Origin: Calcarisporiella thermophila CBS 279.70
Taxonomy: Eukaryota > Fungi > Calcarisporiellomycota
Reading direction: 5' to 3'
NCBI RefSeq assembly: GCF_041956535.1
Contig: NW_027192202.1
Location: 666,870-730,869, forward strand
Length of the DNA stretch: 64,000 nt
A model generated the notes under the pieces. The model was not told where the DNA came from and did not search any database. It saw only the letters and a list, made by a program, of their open reading frames with translations. Position numbers and translations under genes: made by a program. Shown here one piece after another: positions 13,498 to 26,721 of this stretch; the stretch's first letter is position 1, and each line of letters begins with the position of its first letter.

Positions 13498-13806
13498 TGT
13501 CTAAATCTGTGGATCTAACTTAGATTAGCTTGCTTCCTTTGCGCCAATCCAAAAACGTTTACGATGAGATTTCTCACCAGACAAAACAATTCGAATGAAA
13601 GATCAATGTAAACAATGGTAAGGATTCAGGCCAAAAGAAATCATAAAGATCGTATGTATGCGAAGAGAAACCCAATTATTTTTTTTATCAAAATTTTGGT
13701 TTTAAACAATCCCCCATGTCCAGGAGAAAATGGGCAATTTTAAGTTTCAATCAAAATGGCTAAATTTTTCACAAACATAATTTTTATTTCGAATAGCAAT
13801 CCAAAT

Positions 13807-15457
13807 CTAATCATTCTGGCAATTGACATATTCTGCAATAGTTTCATACACGAGATCATAGAGATGTACCTATCAATGTAAAAAAAAATCAAGGATGAGC
13901 GGAAGCAGACTAGCGGGAGCCTTGTTAAACCCTTACGTTATTATGATGCGCCCACACCAAATCTAAATATATTAGCGCCGATGGTCCTCTAGGAATTCTA
14001 GCCAGTTCATATTTAATCCCTTCCTTGGGGTATACCGTCTTTTGTACACTTGGATCGTATATACTCGTGCCTCCCGAGGCGTGCCAAAAGAGTCTCTGCG
14101 AGTGGTAGTAGGGGATGATAGAGTCTTTAAGCCCATGGAGTAGAATTATTGGCGTTGTGATGTTCTAAAAAATTATTGAGACTTATCAATCATAGAGGGG
14201 AAAGCACCGGGGCACAATCCCTCACCTGAATACGGGAATAACTATCGAATGGATGCCGCACCAATGACATTATCGATGCTAGCGAATTACAGAATTAATA
14301 AATATTAAATAGGGTTATTAATAGTATTTCAATGAAAGCCAACGCATTATATAATACATCTTAGTCTATGGAATGACCTCAAGGGACGTAAAATCAATCG
14401 AACCATGCGATAGTCAAACATGGCTTCACGAATTGAGCTGTAAGGAGCCAGTAACACGGTTGCCTTCGGCGGCGTATTACTTTCGGAAAGGTTACGTGCT
14501 AACCAGGTGGCTACTCCAGTGCCAAGAGAGTGACCAAGAAGCGATATATTATCCTGTGCAACTAAATGTCACATTAAAAATCACTCAGTTCTCCTTCTCT
14601 ACTAGTGAAATTTGTCAACACTGACCTCCATTATCAATCAATAGCTTCCATGTTGCATATGCATCTGTGTATAGGCCAGTTTCTGAGGGAATCCCCTTCG
14701 AGTTCCCAAAACCTCGATAGTCAATCGTGATAACATTCATGTTGAGACGATCAGCCAATTGCTATCAATACCAGTTTCTTCAGTGCCAATACATAGGCAT
14801 TTGAGTGGAGCTAGCACTACTTACACGATATGTTTCCACTCGCCAAGGAGCGGCGCGATTCCCGGCATTCCCATGAAAATAGAGCATGGTTGGATAGCTG
14901 TCTGATCTGAGAGCCTCGAAATATATTTCGGAGTCGGGATTCTTTAATCGCTCCTTGTTCTTTCTGTAGAAATGAGAAGGCAGTACATGCCAAGCACCTA
15001 TCTGTCCATCTGGTGTTTCGATCATAAAATTCCTCACTCGATTCTCTAATTTGCAAAGAAATGTCAGCTAAGAGATCCATGTACAAAGAAGTGGCGAATT
15101 ATTACGTGGAAATCCAAATTCCTCTGGAGAGTCCCAATCTACGAAAAATGGGTAATTTATCCAATTGAGAAAGATCATTCCTCGTTGGGGAGAGTCCAAT
15201 GAGAGTATACCGAGCAAAGCCTAATTGCAATTAAGAAGAGAGGCAAGTTAAGAAGTATGCCGCGAAATCCCAATCGCAGTAAGAATGTTGAAAGCAACAT
15301 ACTAAATAGCTGTTTAGATATTGTTAATAAATGTTTCATATAACATAATTCGATTGCGCAAATGATTGAATAAGACCTACCTCAGCAATACCAGTAGCCC
15401 TAATTTCACCGAACTATGTATTAATGACTCCAGAAAACCTCTCTGTGTTGCTGCCAT
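13807..15457 (-). CDS. ABHD12/ABHD13-like alpha/beta hydrolase (many introns, 7-nt microexon)
   Basis: N-terminal TM segment, LYFHGNAGNR, IDYRGFG, nucleophile GHSLGTG, LLHGLKD acid, WAHHNN His region. Confidence 0.88.
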
Positions 15458-15929
15458 TTTGCTACTAGCTCTTTCTTCGAGTATTTCTCGATAATTATGT
15501 ATTTCACATTAAAAGAATTAAGCTATTCGTTCCACGTGAATAACTGCCAAAATTCTTAGTCAACTTCTAGGAGACAGGTAAGATGTTTCGGACTGTGTTA
15601 TTTTCTATCCAAGGAATTTCGAGCTATTAGCTTTGGTATCTTACATTCATTCGAAATGGCTTCAAAACGTTTACTTGTCAATTAATTCAATTTATTTTGA
15701 CAACGATTCGTGAAGAATGACTTGAATAAAGAAATCAGGAAAAAAATTATTTACAAAGAGAGGGTTGTAAAAGTTCTTTCGGAAGGAGAAGAAATAAAAA
15801 TATCACAAATTACCAAAATAAAAATCGAGTTCTACTGAATTAATAATAAAGCAGCTTAATCTTTCAGGATCTTATTTTCCCGCCCGGTCCCACGGGAATA
15901 GATACCGCCGAAATGATGCTCTAATTGTG

Positions 15930-18518
15930 CTATGATATAGTGGCATGATCTTCAACGAAAGGGCATAATAAATCGGAGGGATCGAATATCAAATTATCAT
16001 CAGTGGGTACAGGACAAGCGCTAACTTCCTTGTGGAGCTGGTGACCACGTCTGATTAATTCTTCAAAAGGTAGGACCTTTCCCCACAAATCCAACACCGG
16101 CAGATTTTCCCATTCTGGCGCCTTCCCACCAGGCAATTCTTCCAAGATGAGGTCCTGCTGCATCAAAGGCACAGCAAACTCATCGGCCTTGTCACGATTA
16201 GTTCGAATATGAGTTCCAAACTCTAAGTGGTTGGTAGAAAAGGCCTTCAGGTCGGCGAAATTGGGATAGAGCATCACATATCCGCGAAGATAAACGAGCT
16301 CAATGAAATATTTCTTCCAGGACTTGGTCCATTTATTGGAGCGTGCGCCAGGTACAGTAATGGTCTGAAGCTTCTTGCCGTAGACATCCTCAATTCGTGC
16401 AGTGAGATAATAATGAAACTCGCGCCACTGCTCAGGGAAATAGACGGCTCCCCAACTGCAGGGTATTTGCGAGAGGTATGGCGTGCGTAAGGGAAAACCA
16501 GTGCCTGTCAGTGAAGAATCAGGATGCCATCTGTGTCGACCGTCCGCAAATAGCTCAATATGTCGCGGGCCGTATAAGCTTAATCCATAAAGTCGCTGCG
16601 CCTTCGTAGATCCATACCGGTACTTGAGAATATTCATTTTACTCCACGTGTAGAATAAGGGTGATACTTCGATGTCATCCTCTAACAATACTGCGTGATC
16701 ATGGTTATCCGAGGGATACCAGGATTCGACTATGGCTGGCATCAGTCCGCCCTGCCGTATGCGATGTCTTAGGTGTTTTGGACCGTGATTCCACATGAAA
16801 GTGTTGACAAGTAATGTCGTCACACGGTCCGCACTACGTTCCATATTAATCGTAAGGTCGACAGCATCTCCTAAGTAATAGGCTGAGCTAATGGATCGAA
16901 GTAGGCGAGAGAGAGAGTGAGGGCGGTTATTTGTGATGACCACAATTTGAATCCGCACAGTATGCCATTCTATGATAAAAAGAAATTGGTGAATCCCAAG
17001 GTAGCATGTATATTATTATGATCAAGCAAAACAGAGATAGACATACTTTCTAGCACGTTGACTGGCAAGTCCGCAATCCAAAGCGCATGGTCAAAATGAT
17101 TGTCGGGCATCGAAATCTCTATCGCCCCGATGCGCCTCGCTGCACCAGACACCATTGCAAGCATATTCGAAGATCGGTCCTCCACGTGCAATACGACTCG
17201 CGGGCGAACTAGATCCATCACGTGTTGTACCCCGACTGATAAATCTGCCAAATCATGCATAAGTGAATAGACTAGTACTCCTTCACACCCAAACTCCATT
17301 GGGGAAGTATCCGAAATAACATGGATCACACGATTTGAACTACGGAAACGGCAGATAAGTGCGCGAAGCGAAGCAAGTTGTCTAGGGCCGTGAACTGCAA
17401 TCACGATGCCATCCTGCTCCATCTCCAACCTTTCTGAAGGGCGCGGAATTCCTGTAAATACCATGTCTTTCCACAACCTGTGGTTTTCAAACTGGTTCTG
17501 AAGCTGCCGACATCTAGATTTACCCCCACCTGCAAGCTGGGGAAGGGCGTATGAAGGAATGCCGTGATATGCAAAGCTATAGCTCAAGATAAATCCAAGC
17601 GGAAAATCGGAAGACAATTGCCAGAATTGTTCTCCAAGCAACAAAGGTATCCAGCTACGGCGAAGTATCCAGGCACCCTCAAGGATATCTGCAGGAAAAG
17701 TAGTCGACTGAGGCAGGCATTTGATTTGGGTGTTTTGTGCCCGACGGGAGGGTAGGACTGCACCTTGAGTGCCGATTACAGTTTGGCGATAAGGTTGGGT
17801 GCCGGCAACATAGAAAAGGGCTTCCAATGTTTGTGTAGTAGAGAGTGGCTCCGTAAGTAGTAATACGTACTCTGTAGACTTCAAGGAAGAAAGCTGCACC
17901 CATGAGTGGGGCAAATCGCCAACTACGTGCAAATGAATAGGTATTGATTCATGAACGGAAATTAGGGTATTTATTGCAATTCGTGCATCCCGTTCCTGAG
18001 CAACAGTGCAGCCCACTAAAATAGCTGTAGGTTTGATAGACTGCTCAAAGATGGATCCGATGGTTTGTTCGAATTCCTTGTTAAATTGAATTATCGCCAC
18101 TATTGACACACGAGATGATAATTGGTTTTCTGATGGAAGCTCAAACAACTCTTCGAGAGTATGTTGCCTAAGATCGAATGAGTTGTTTTCCCATGATTCT
18201 CCTGAAATCGGATGGCTCCCTATTGTAAAAATATATATTAATACAATGCTAAAAAGTGTAGCGATGAATTGACGGACCAGTAGTAGGATATTCCCATTCA
18301 TTTTCTCTTATGTTAGAGTCATGGCGGAGTGAACGTGAAAAATGATGCGACAAGAAATAAACGACGGAGAGAGTGGTCAAAAGAAAGCAAGTAACCAACA
18401 GATGCCATCGGATACGAGAATGGTCCCAACGAGTCGATCGTGCTCCATGCGGTGAAGGACTCTGTTTTCGGGGCAGTGAACCTCTTGGGCTCCTTAATGG
18501 CCGATCCGTTCTATTCAT
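15930..18518 (-). CDS. Type II membrane GT-A (GT2-like) glycosyltransferase (2 introns)
   Basis: Signal anchor WHLLVTCFLLTTLSVVYFL. C-terminal domain VITNNRPHSLSRLL...GLMPAIVESWYP...LLEDDIEVSP...QIPCSWG. Confidence 0.82.
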
Positions 18519-18921
18519 AAGAGGGAATTATAATAACAAGATGCCAAAAGAAAAAGACTAAAGGGGAGTATAAATATAGGATGGTATTCTAGTCACATCA
18601 GAGAATGGAAGATAAAAACAAGCTAGGGGAAGTTGAAACGCTCTTTCCCACTTTATTTGCCCGAGATTGATTAGGAAACTAATGGCGGGATTTAAATTTA
18701 GTGTTAATATTCTATATCGAAGAGAGTAGGGGGAATTCAGATTTTGTTTTGAAAGATGGGGAAAATGAAGAACTATATCTTTACGCAAACATCGTTAGAA
18801 GAAATGTGGCATGGGAAAGTGAGATGGTAAAAAGAAAACAAGATAGAAAAAGAAACATCAAAGAGCTAATTACACGTTTCGAATTAGATATAACTTAATA
18901 TAGGGAATCTTGATACTGGTT

Positions 18922-19518
18922 CTATCCCCAAGCAGCACTAGTGCAGTAATTAATGATAAGATGCCCATCCGTGCTGAAGCACTATTAGGTAAAAAGACAT
19001 GGTCACTATTTCAACTCTGTATGCACCAAAATGGATCTTCTACCCTATGCAAATTCCCCACTATCTCGTCAGGAGCAGGTGAGAATGCACTGTTTATGTA
19101 AAGAAACTATAGTTATATAATGATGAAGAATTAGATGAGGCTAGATAAGTGAATAAGATATGATATTGGGCATACTAAAGGATCAGACGGCTTGTAATTT
19201 AGCTCTTTACGCAAAAACTGGATTACTGCTTGAAATTTGTTCGATGCTGTTATTTTGTAGAAATTCTGCTTCATGATGGGTGCATTTCCAATAGCACGGA
19301 ATCTCACAACCACTACAGTAGGCACAAAGATTGAGTTAAAATGTATAAAGAAGGAGGGCACCTATATTACCTTTTCCAGCATCTTTCTTTTTTAGATCTG
19401 CGATAATAGACTCAAAGTCTTTATTAGGTGAAGGCGCGCTGACTACTGGATCTGAAGCGGGTTCTTGTGATGTGGATTCTAGCGATGCTTCTTTTGCGAC
19501 TGAAGTTGAAGGATCCAT
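18922..19518 (-). CDS. ATG12: Ubiquitin-like autophagy protein Atg12 (3 introns)
   Basis: [15 protein letters not shown]...[14 protein letters not shown]...[12 protein letters not shown] with terminal Gly. Confidence 0.96.
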
Positions 19519-19747
19519 TATTGAAGATATAAAAATAAAACCGATATAGATTCGTGATATAAGTAAAGGGCTGTGACGTGTATTGTGACGTTATTTCAAT
19601 TATCATAATTTATCTCCTCACTGCCTCTCATTTTCAATAAACTTTTCTGATCCTACTTCAAAAATCCTTTATACCTTTTTTGTTTTATAAGCGAATGTAT
19701 TTTTCCTGACCCTATTTTCTTATATAATCTCAACACGATCGCTGCCC

Positions 19748-21413
19748 ATGCTGCAACCGCAGGATCATCAAAGCCGGAATTTTAACGAGGAAGATCTTGA
19801 GACCTCGTCTGAACGAGTGGTTGCCGATCCAAATATGGCATTGCGCCCCTCTGAGGGCCTCAATACAAAACCACCTCTTCCGAATCCACCTAAGTGCCGC
19901 TCACGAGCTTCAGAGGAGCTGATATTGCAGCAGCAACAGCAGAAAAAGCAAGTGTGGAGTAATGAGGGAAGTGACCGGGTGATGGAGTTTGAAACGGCTG
20001 TGTGTAATGATACGGGTGCAATTAGAGATAAAGGGAGGAGGGGGAACTCGGTTAATATTAAATTTTGCTTGCTGTTGTGCGAGATGTCGGTCATTAATTT
20101 CATAATTACATATAGGTTGGCGATTCTCCTCGACCTACATTTTCATCAGAGTCGGTTCGATCAAAAAAGAAGAAAAGACCGCCTCTCAAGCAATCAACCA
20201 CACCCGCGGATATTTTTGCAGCAAATGTTGCAGAGGCAGTTGAGGAAGCCCAGGGTAAGTTCGATATCAGTACGCAGCTTGGATTTTTTCCTCCATTCAA
20301 TTACCAATCATTATACTAGCCACGGAAGATGACGAGCAGTTCGTGTATCGAGATGGGGGTCTTCATTCTCATAGCTCCTCTAGCAATAGCCTTGCACCTT
20401 TCCCACAAGGACATGGGACCTGGTCGCCAGCTCTCCCTCCACCCATGACACCTCATCACCCTGTTCCGGAGCCATCTGAGCCCTCACTTAATCCTGTCAG
20501 GCCGCGCTATTCCAGAGGCCAGGATAGCATCAATTCAAACGATCATATTAACAATAATGGCCGTATGCGAGTCTCACGGAAGATCTCAACGGGAAGTGTT
20601 AGTAGCCTTGAGTCATTTGGTCAGCGTCCTGTGGTGATGCGTGCAGCACCTGAAATTGCGCGGACAAAAGGCGGCTACGGGCATCTTTACACACATTCAC
20701 CCCACAATTATTCTCTACAAGAGTGGTACACGCATGATGAGGATGAGCGCATTCCCTTTATCCCCAAAAGTCCGCGCTACCGATCTCCTTGTCGCCGCAT
20801 TGGTGACTACTTTCTCTCGATCGTTCCCATGCTTTGCTTGATCTTTATGCTTTCGATTATGGCTGCAATTTTCTCCCTGTCTATACGCCCGCTTACTGAT
20901 GTTTCCATCAGTGAAATATCTAATGTGCTCGCTGCGCAGCGTGAGCTTATTTTTGATATGCACGTGCGAGCACGAAATCGCAATTTATGGAGTGTTCAGA
21001 TCGATCGCGCAGACTTGGGTGTGTTCGCCTCACCTGCAAAGAAAAAAATGAGTGCAGTACATGGGTCAGAGCCACGTGAATTCCTCGGGAATGTGCGTGA
21101 GCTGGATGAGCCGCTGGTGTTCTCGTCAGGACTGGATCGATGGGGGGTAGTGAGCGTTGCAACCTCTCAGGTTAGAATCAAGAACCCTGGGGAATCGGAG
21201 GATGGGGACGACCGAGGGAATGAAAATTGGGCGCGGATCATTAGGATGCCCTTTGATCTTATTGTGCGCGGGCAACTTAAATATCGGTTGCTATGGTTTA
21301 GACGTCGAGGGGCGCGTGTTTGCCTTGCTGTCACGGTAGATCCAGAGACGGGGGAGGTGTCATTTGCAGATGAAACAAGAAAGCTTTGTGAACGTGGGGA
21401 TGATCCAGCGTGA
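19748..21413 (+). CDS. VAC7: Vacuolar segregation protein Vac7-like (2 introns)
   Basis: Disordered N-terminus, single TM, then RPLTDVSISEISNVLAAQRELIFDMHVRARNRN...FLGNVRELDEPLVF...PFDLIVRGQLKY, typical of the Vac7 luminal domain. Confidence 0.82.
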
Positions 21414-21627
21414 GTTTGTTTTTTATTTTGCCTTCTATTACTTGTAATTGTGATACTTTCAACCTTTCGCATATTTCCAATTCCGTTTTCTCTCTCAATG
21501 TAGTTTATAGTTGCTGCTTGTATTAAAAACTAAAAGGTTTCTTTGCCAGTTGCGTATCAAAATTAAATTCATTGAATACCTAGCTATTTACATTACGGAA
21601 TATTACACATTATCGTGGCCACCCCCA

Positions 21628-21970
21628 TCAGCCAAATCGTGGTCGATTAGTATCATTCGTCGATAGTTCGAAACCTTGATTCTCATTCATTAATGCCGAT
21701 GCAGCGCTCGCACTTGCAATCGAGTAGAGGGATGCCTTGAACAATGTGTGCACTAGGCCCATTTTGCGCTCTACACCACGTAATTTCTCTATGGCCTCGA
21801 CCATATCCTGATTGTTCATTTCAGTGATTGTTGAATTAAGCTTTCCATGAGATGTTTATCAATTAGATGTCGAGAGTGAGATACAATAACAAATAGAGAT
21901 AATATACCTCATTAATATTGCTAAGGAGTTGCTCGCACGCAAGGATGATGCCTTTTTCAGTGTTAGACAT
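21628..21970 (-). CDS. DAD3: DASH/Dam1 complex subunit Dad3 (1 intron)
   Basis: LRGVERKMGLVHTLFKASLYSI matches the Dad3 signature. Intron ~21841-21907. Confidence 0.87.
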
Positions 21971-22999
21971 TTTTTTTTACGTGTATATGATTTCAACACG
22001 CGTACCATTAAACTATAATGTAGTTTCCAATTAATTCAAACTTATCAGCCACCAAGAGAAAATTGATTAATATGTTGTGGTAAAATACCTTGTATACACC
22101 ATAGTAGCTGGATTCTTGGAATCACAATAATACTCTATCCGAATACCTAAACACCAACTCTTTTCTCATTGGCAGGTAAAAAATAAACATTCCCTCTAAC
22201 AACCTCCTCAATAAGTGCAAGTATAAAAAAAGCCTTTAATGACTGAGGCTCTTAAGGTTTGTCAAAGCAATTAAATTGATTTATATACATATTGCAAACC
22301 AAGTGGATAGGATTTACCATCTCCTATAACAACATTCATGTTGACAAGATAATACAATCCACCTAAGGTTGGGCTGCGAAAGATTTTTCTCTCTTTACGA
22401 TTAATTTCTAGTATGAGGAAAGAACTTACACTGCTCAATGAGTTCTATTTAATATCGATCCGTCTTTACGGGGCTTGCATCCGTATCTCTTCTTCCCATA
22501 TTCCTGCACATCCAAACTGGCAAGCTCATGGATACAAATATACTTTAGCTGATTTGTTTATAGGGACGCATCGCGATATCTTGTGGCTGTATGTCTATAG
22601 TAAGAGCGGCTATCTTACATGAAAACATATTTCTTTCGATCTCAAAATTTTCGATTTAAAATTTGAAGTATTTCATTGGAACTAGGAATGTTCCTGGCAA
22701 GTTTGTTTTTTAAATATATGCCCTACCTTTTAAATATGTATTAAAGTCGTCTTATCGTTACGGCTCATTTTGAATAGGATATCTTCGTCCAAAATTGAAA
22801 GAATACCAAGTCTATTGACGGTCACAATAGTGGCTGAGGTTGAGGGCAATTATGTAAACTGTGACACATTTTTCATTTTTAGCAAACAAAAAAGTCTATT
22901 CGAACATTGTTGAAGGCAACAGTTTTTGCATTATATATATATATTTAATCCATATTCTTTTACTATATTGTTTATCAGCTATATTTAATCCCGCAATCA

Positions 23000-24374
<1,375 letters not shown>

Positions 24375-25026
24375 TATGTTGCTGATGCTTTTCCATTCCA
24401 ATACAAGTTTTCATATTCCACTGAATAAGAAATGGCCAAATTTAATAAGCTTGTTTTCACGCTCCATGGTACAAGCTCATTGGGGAAAGTTCCAAAGTCT
24501 CGAACTAGTCTTTTTTAAGTAGTCTCTGCCAGGGAGAGAAAATCCTGCGGAGTGTGTAACTATGGAGATGTAAGAAGAAAAGAAAGGAAAGCAATAAAGG
24601 GCATTCGGAAGGAATTATGGACAGAAAGGAATCGATAAAATACACTATGGCCCACAAGAGGAATAGTGAAGCCAATTTTCCAGGGTCAAAAATCCATGGT
24701 TGATTTGCATCCTTATTTAATCGTCCTCCATTAATATTCTCACAGTAGACACCGCCAAAGGAAAGTTCGCCCGATAAAATCCTTTAGAGCATCCAAAAGA
24801 GAAAGCCACTCCCGTTTTTTTATCTTCTTGATTATCCACGCATTATTTCATTTACATATTCTTCCCCTAAAGAACATTACAACTATGTTTCATTAAGAAA
24901 ATCGTGAACCGAACAAGACTTTATCAGAGGAATCACACCACCACATAGAGAGCCCTTCTAAATACTGCAAGAATTAGTCTAGTTCATTGATCAGCTAGTG
25001 CTGTTGGAAGAAAAAATAAAGGGGAA

Positions 25027-26143
25027 ATGACAGATTCCGATGGTTTTCTTGTGATGTCCTTAACGGTCCCTTACCAAGACAAACTGCTGCCTGGTGAGCT
25101 GCATTTGCCTCCAGATGAGAAAGCTGGCATCTGCGTGGTAAGGCTGAATCTTGATGTTTTTATTGAAGTGGTCGTAGTTTTTTTAACTTTTTCTCTGCTC
25201 TAAGTTTGTCCATGGGAGTGGATCCTCAAGGTTCTCTTCACGGTAGGAAGGGTTGATTTATTTCTCATTTGTAACAGTCATTAACACACTGTGTTGTATT
25301 GTTTCTATGTGTATTTGTGTAGAAATCGGTAATTTTAATTATGGTATTCCAATTAAGCATATCCCATAGCTAATCGTTTGCTAGTTATATTGCCGAGATG
25401 TTACGGAAAGCCGGGGTGGGTACATTCCTTATGGATCTCCTGACGCCCGATGAAGAGTATGTCGACATGGTGACACGTCATTTACGATTTGATCTTGGTA
25501 TAGTGTTTGACTGGCCATTTTGTTTGACGCCTTGCTCTAACCTCGCGAATATGTTAACCCAGAGATGTTGGCAGGGCGAGTAGTAGCGGTGATTGATTAT
25601 TTCACGCGAATACACGAGGGAACACGCTCAAAGAGGATCGCATTATTTGGGGTACCTACGCCTTTTCAAGTTGTGTATGGTTTGACTGAAGCTAACCCTC
25701 TCTCAATATTTTCTCTAGGCTTCCACAGGAGCAGGGGGTAATTCGACACCACACAAGACTCGCTTTCCCTTCTCATCTTAACCAAACATCTTCTTTAATT
25801 GTTAGCTGCTTTTATCGCGGCTAATGCGCGCCCCGATAAGGTACATCTGGTCATGGCGCGAGGCGGTCGCGCCGACCTCGTCCCCCCGCACCTGCTACAC
25901 GCAACGCGCTGCCCCTCTCTATTAATGGTGGGGGCAAATGACACGCATGTGTTACATCTCAATCAGCAGGCGTTCGCTGATCTGGGCTCGAAGGAGAAGA
26001 AGCTTGAAGTGATACCCGGCGCTTCTCACCTCTTCGAAGAGGAAATATTTCCTCAGAACGAAGCTTACAACACAGGAACACTAGAGAAGATTGCTGAGCT
26101 AGCCTCCGAATGGGCAAAACGTTACCTCTTGTCACCGGAATAG
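25027..26143 (+). CDS. Bacterial-type alpha/beta hydrolase (DLH-like, GASTG Ser nucleophile), 6 introns
   Basis: Spliced product ...FVHGSGSSRFSSRNRYIAEML...DLLTPDEE...RFDL...FGASTGAGAA...ARGGRADL...VGAND...IPGASHLFEE. Exons 25027-25137, 25205-25242, 25323-25328, 25385-25497, 25563-25651, 25719-25737, 25806-26143. Confidence 0.88.
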
Positions 26144-26721
26144 CGTCGGACGAGCTTTTACATTGTGGGATTGGGAATTTAATTTCTATATATATATCGT
26201 TTTAATTCTTGATTCATTTTTCTTTCTTTTATTCTAGCATTGAGATTTTTGAAAGGGTTTTTTTCTTTACTTGATTTCTTTTTGCAAATGTATTTTTCGT
26301 TTTTTATTTCTTTAGTAGGCTTACTTTGTTCTTTTTCTGCTTTCTTCTTCTAATCTTTAATTTTCGTCAAAAATAAAAAAAAAATGATCGACAGCTTGGT
26401 AAGATAGACCCCTATTTGTGTCGCAATACTTGAATTGATCACCTCCAGAAATTCCTCTTTTATTGCCTTTATTCCAATATGGTTCTATAGCCTCTCCCCC
26501 CCGCATCCTCCCCGCTTACTTTGTCAAAACTTTGCATCAACCATCATTTTAAATATTCATTCCTTCATCCGTTATTGTTCTTGTCATCCCTCCTATTCTG
26601 TCAACCCGCTCATTATAGCTTACTCCCGTCTCCGAACCACCACCACCACCTCCTCTCCACTCCCATTCCCATCTTTAGAAACTTTATTTATTAGCTACCC
26701 TCAATTTACCCATAATAGACC

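Noticed and set aside
22020-22640. Possible exon-like fragments between DAD3 and DIM1
   Set aside because: I could not build a consistent spliced ORF or RNA structure.
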